Source of the DNA: Elsinoe ampelina
Taxonomy: Eukaryota
Direction: 5' to 3'
Assembly (NCBI GenBank): GCA_010093995.1
Contig: ML992505.1
Location: 870,273 to 934,272, forward strand
Length of the DNA: 64,000 nucleotides
In this document: positions 62,662 to 64,000 of the stretch, in pieces
Position numbering within the stretch: the stretch's first letter is position 1
Layout of the letters: the number at the start of each line of letters is the position of its first letter
Made by a program: the position numbers and the translations under genes
The notes under the pieces: generated by a model
Told to the model about the DNA's origin: nothing
Seen by the model: only the letters and a program-made list of their open reading frames with translations
The model's database searches: none

Positions 62662-64000
62662 CTTGTGTGGTGGAAAAGATGAGAAATGGTCGCGACAGAT
62701 TGTTCAATTTTTGTTGGTTGGTATATTCGTTTTGCCGGGCACCGATTATGCAGCGCTGGTTGATTGAAGCGAGAGGACAGCTTCACTAGGAAGACCGAGT
62801 GGGAAACGAGTGGACGCTGGTGGTCAAACCAGCATGTGATCTTTAGGTGATTGTCGAGAAAAGAGGAGTCGTGCCGATCAACGGTGTGTGGTCGATCACA
62901 CCTTTGACAGGATATGCGAGACTTTCAGATATGCACATGCGTCGATACAATATGTACGTCGGGCCAGAGCAGTAGTAGAAAAGTAAACGAATGTCGATTA
63001 TGTCCTGCGAGCCTTGTTCCCAGCCTGTGATCCGTATCCTTGTCGGTCCAGCTCCGAGACGCAATCACCAGCTGACTGTCGAGGTCGTTGTGGTATTTGC
63101 CGTGGGGACTTGACAGCGACCGTGACGTAGCGAGGGAGAAAACCCGCGACGGTTGCGAGATAGACGTTGTGAAGAGGGACAAACGACGAACGACGGTCGA
63201 CGGACGAGGGCGCAGAAACGGCGATGATGCGGAGTGCGAGCCCTGGAGCTGTGGTCTCCCAGCGTTGGTCTCTGTGCCAGAATGGCCTCCCGCTAATAAG
63301 CTCTCACAGTCTCTGCTTCTGGCAGCGAGTCAAGCCGTGGAAAGTCAAAGCGAAAGACTGGCACGGCACAGACCAGCCCGCAGGGGAAACTAAAGAGAAA
63401 CAAGCAAAGCGCATCCAGCCTGCCAGACGCTAGGCCGCAAACCACCCAGTCGCACTGCTAGTCCTCTCGTTTCTCAATCTTCTAACATTAATTCTCATTT
63501 CCGAGACACAGGCTACTGACCACCAAGGCGCCGAATTGTTTTTTTTCCCACATGGTCCCACGGAAGAATATCTGGATCGGAGCACGGCGTACAAGGGACA
63601 GGGTCGCGACCCATGGCCACAGGTCGATGCCCATCGAACAAAACCGTCGAGAGCCGACATCCGGATAGCAACGACATGATACGAACGAGCTTCCTGCAGG
63701 TACTTTTGGGCGGCCATCATTCACCCTCGGACAAGGGCAGTGTAGCCGGACTCGTTCCTGCAGCGAGAGAACAGCCGTCCGCTCGTCGAGGTCGCAGAGA
63801 CGGACGACGATGGGGTACTGTATTACTCGTGCTGACACTCTGGCGCCGAAATTCTCAATAGCGCTACCATCCATGAATGCTCAGGAGGTGGTAGACACTC
63901 TACTGTATATGTACTGTACCCACCTGCCCACACTGGGCGTCTAGCTAGATGGCTTGTCTGCAGCACATGAAACTCTGACAGCTCAACCCCCTGCGCCCGA

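Noticed and set aside
62700..64000. Several 70-130 aa ORFs at the window end
   Set aside because: No motifs or codon-like bias; likely the long 5' UTR/promoter of the membrane-protein gene.

Overview
This is a gene-dense fungal genomic window. Short GT-AG introns with CTRAC branch sites and Pezizomycotina-type orthologues point to a filamentous ascomycete, probably a Dothideomycete (inference). It holds about 31 recognisable, mostly housekeeping genes, including an NDUFAF7-like methyltransferase, cysteine synthase, Scm3-Myb, IPP1, MRPL44, SEC20, ERV46, TFIIS, AP-3 mu, COX9 (missed by the ORF track), UBC12, YPK1, PGI1, an enoyl-CoA hydratase, OsmC, DHODH, an MFS transporter and KU80. These are interrupted by a ~10.5 kb accessory island (about 40.7-51.2 kb). 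The island contains decayed genes, four diverged copies of a hairpin/T-run repeat, an orphan two-exon gene and one intact ADP-ribosyltransferase-like ORF. The most striking unexplained signal is a series of roughly 1 kb domains in which the sequence flips abruptly from C(+A)-rich to G(+T)-rich. The polarity is the same in every domain regardless of gene orientation, and the bias is strong enough to reshape protein composition. A spliced small ORF whose stop overlaps the enoyl-CoA hydratase start codon (ATGA) is also notable. I recognised no rRNA, tRNA, CRISPR array or intact transposon. All calls were made by eye, with no database search.
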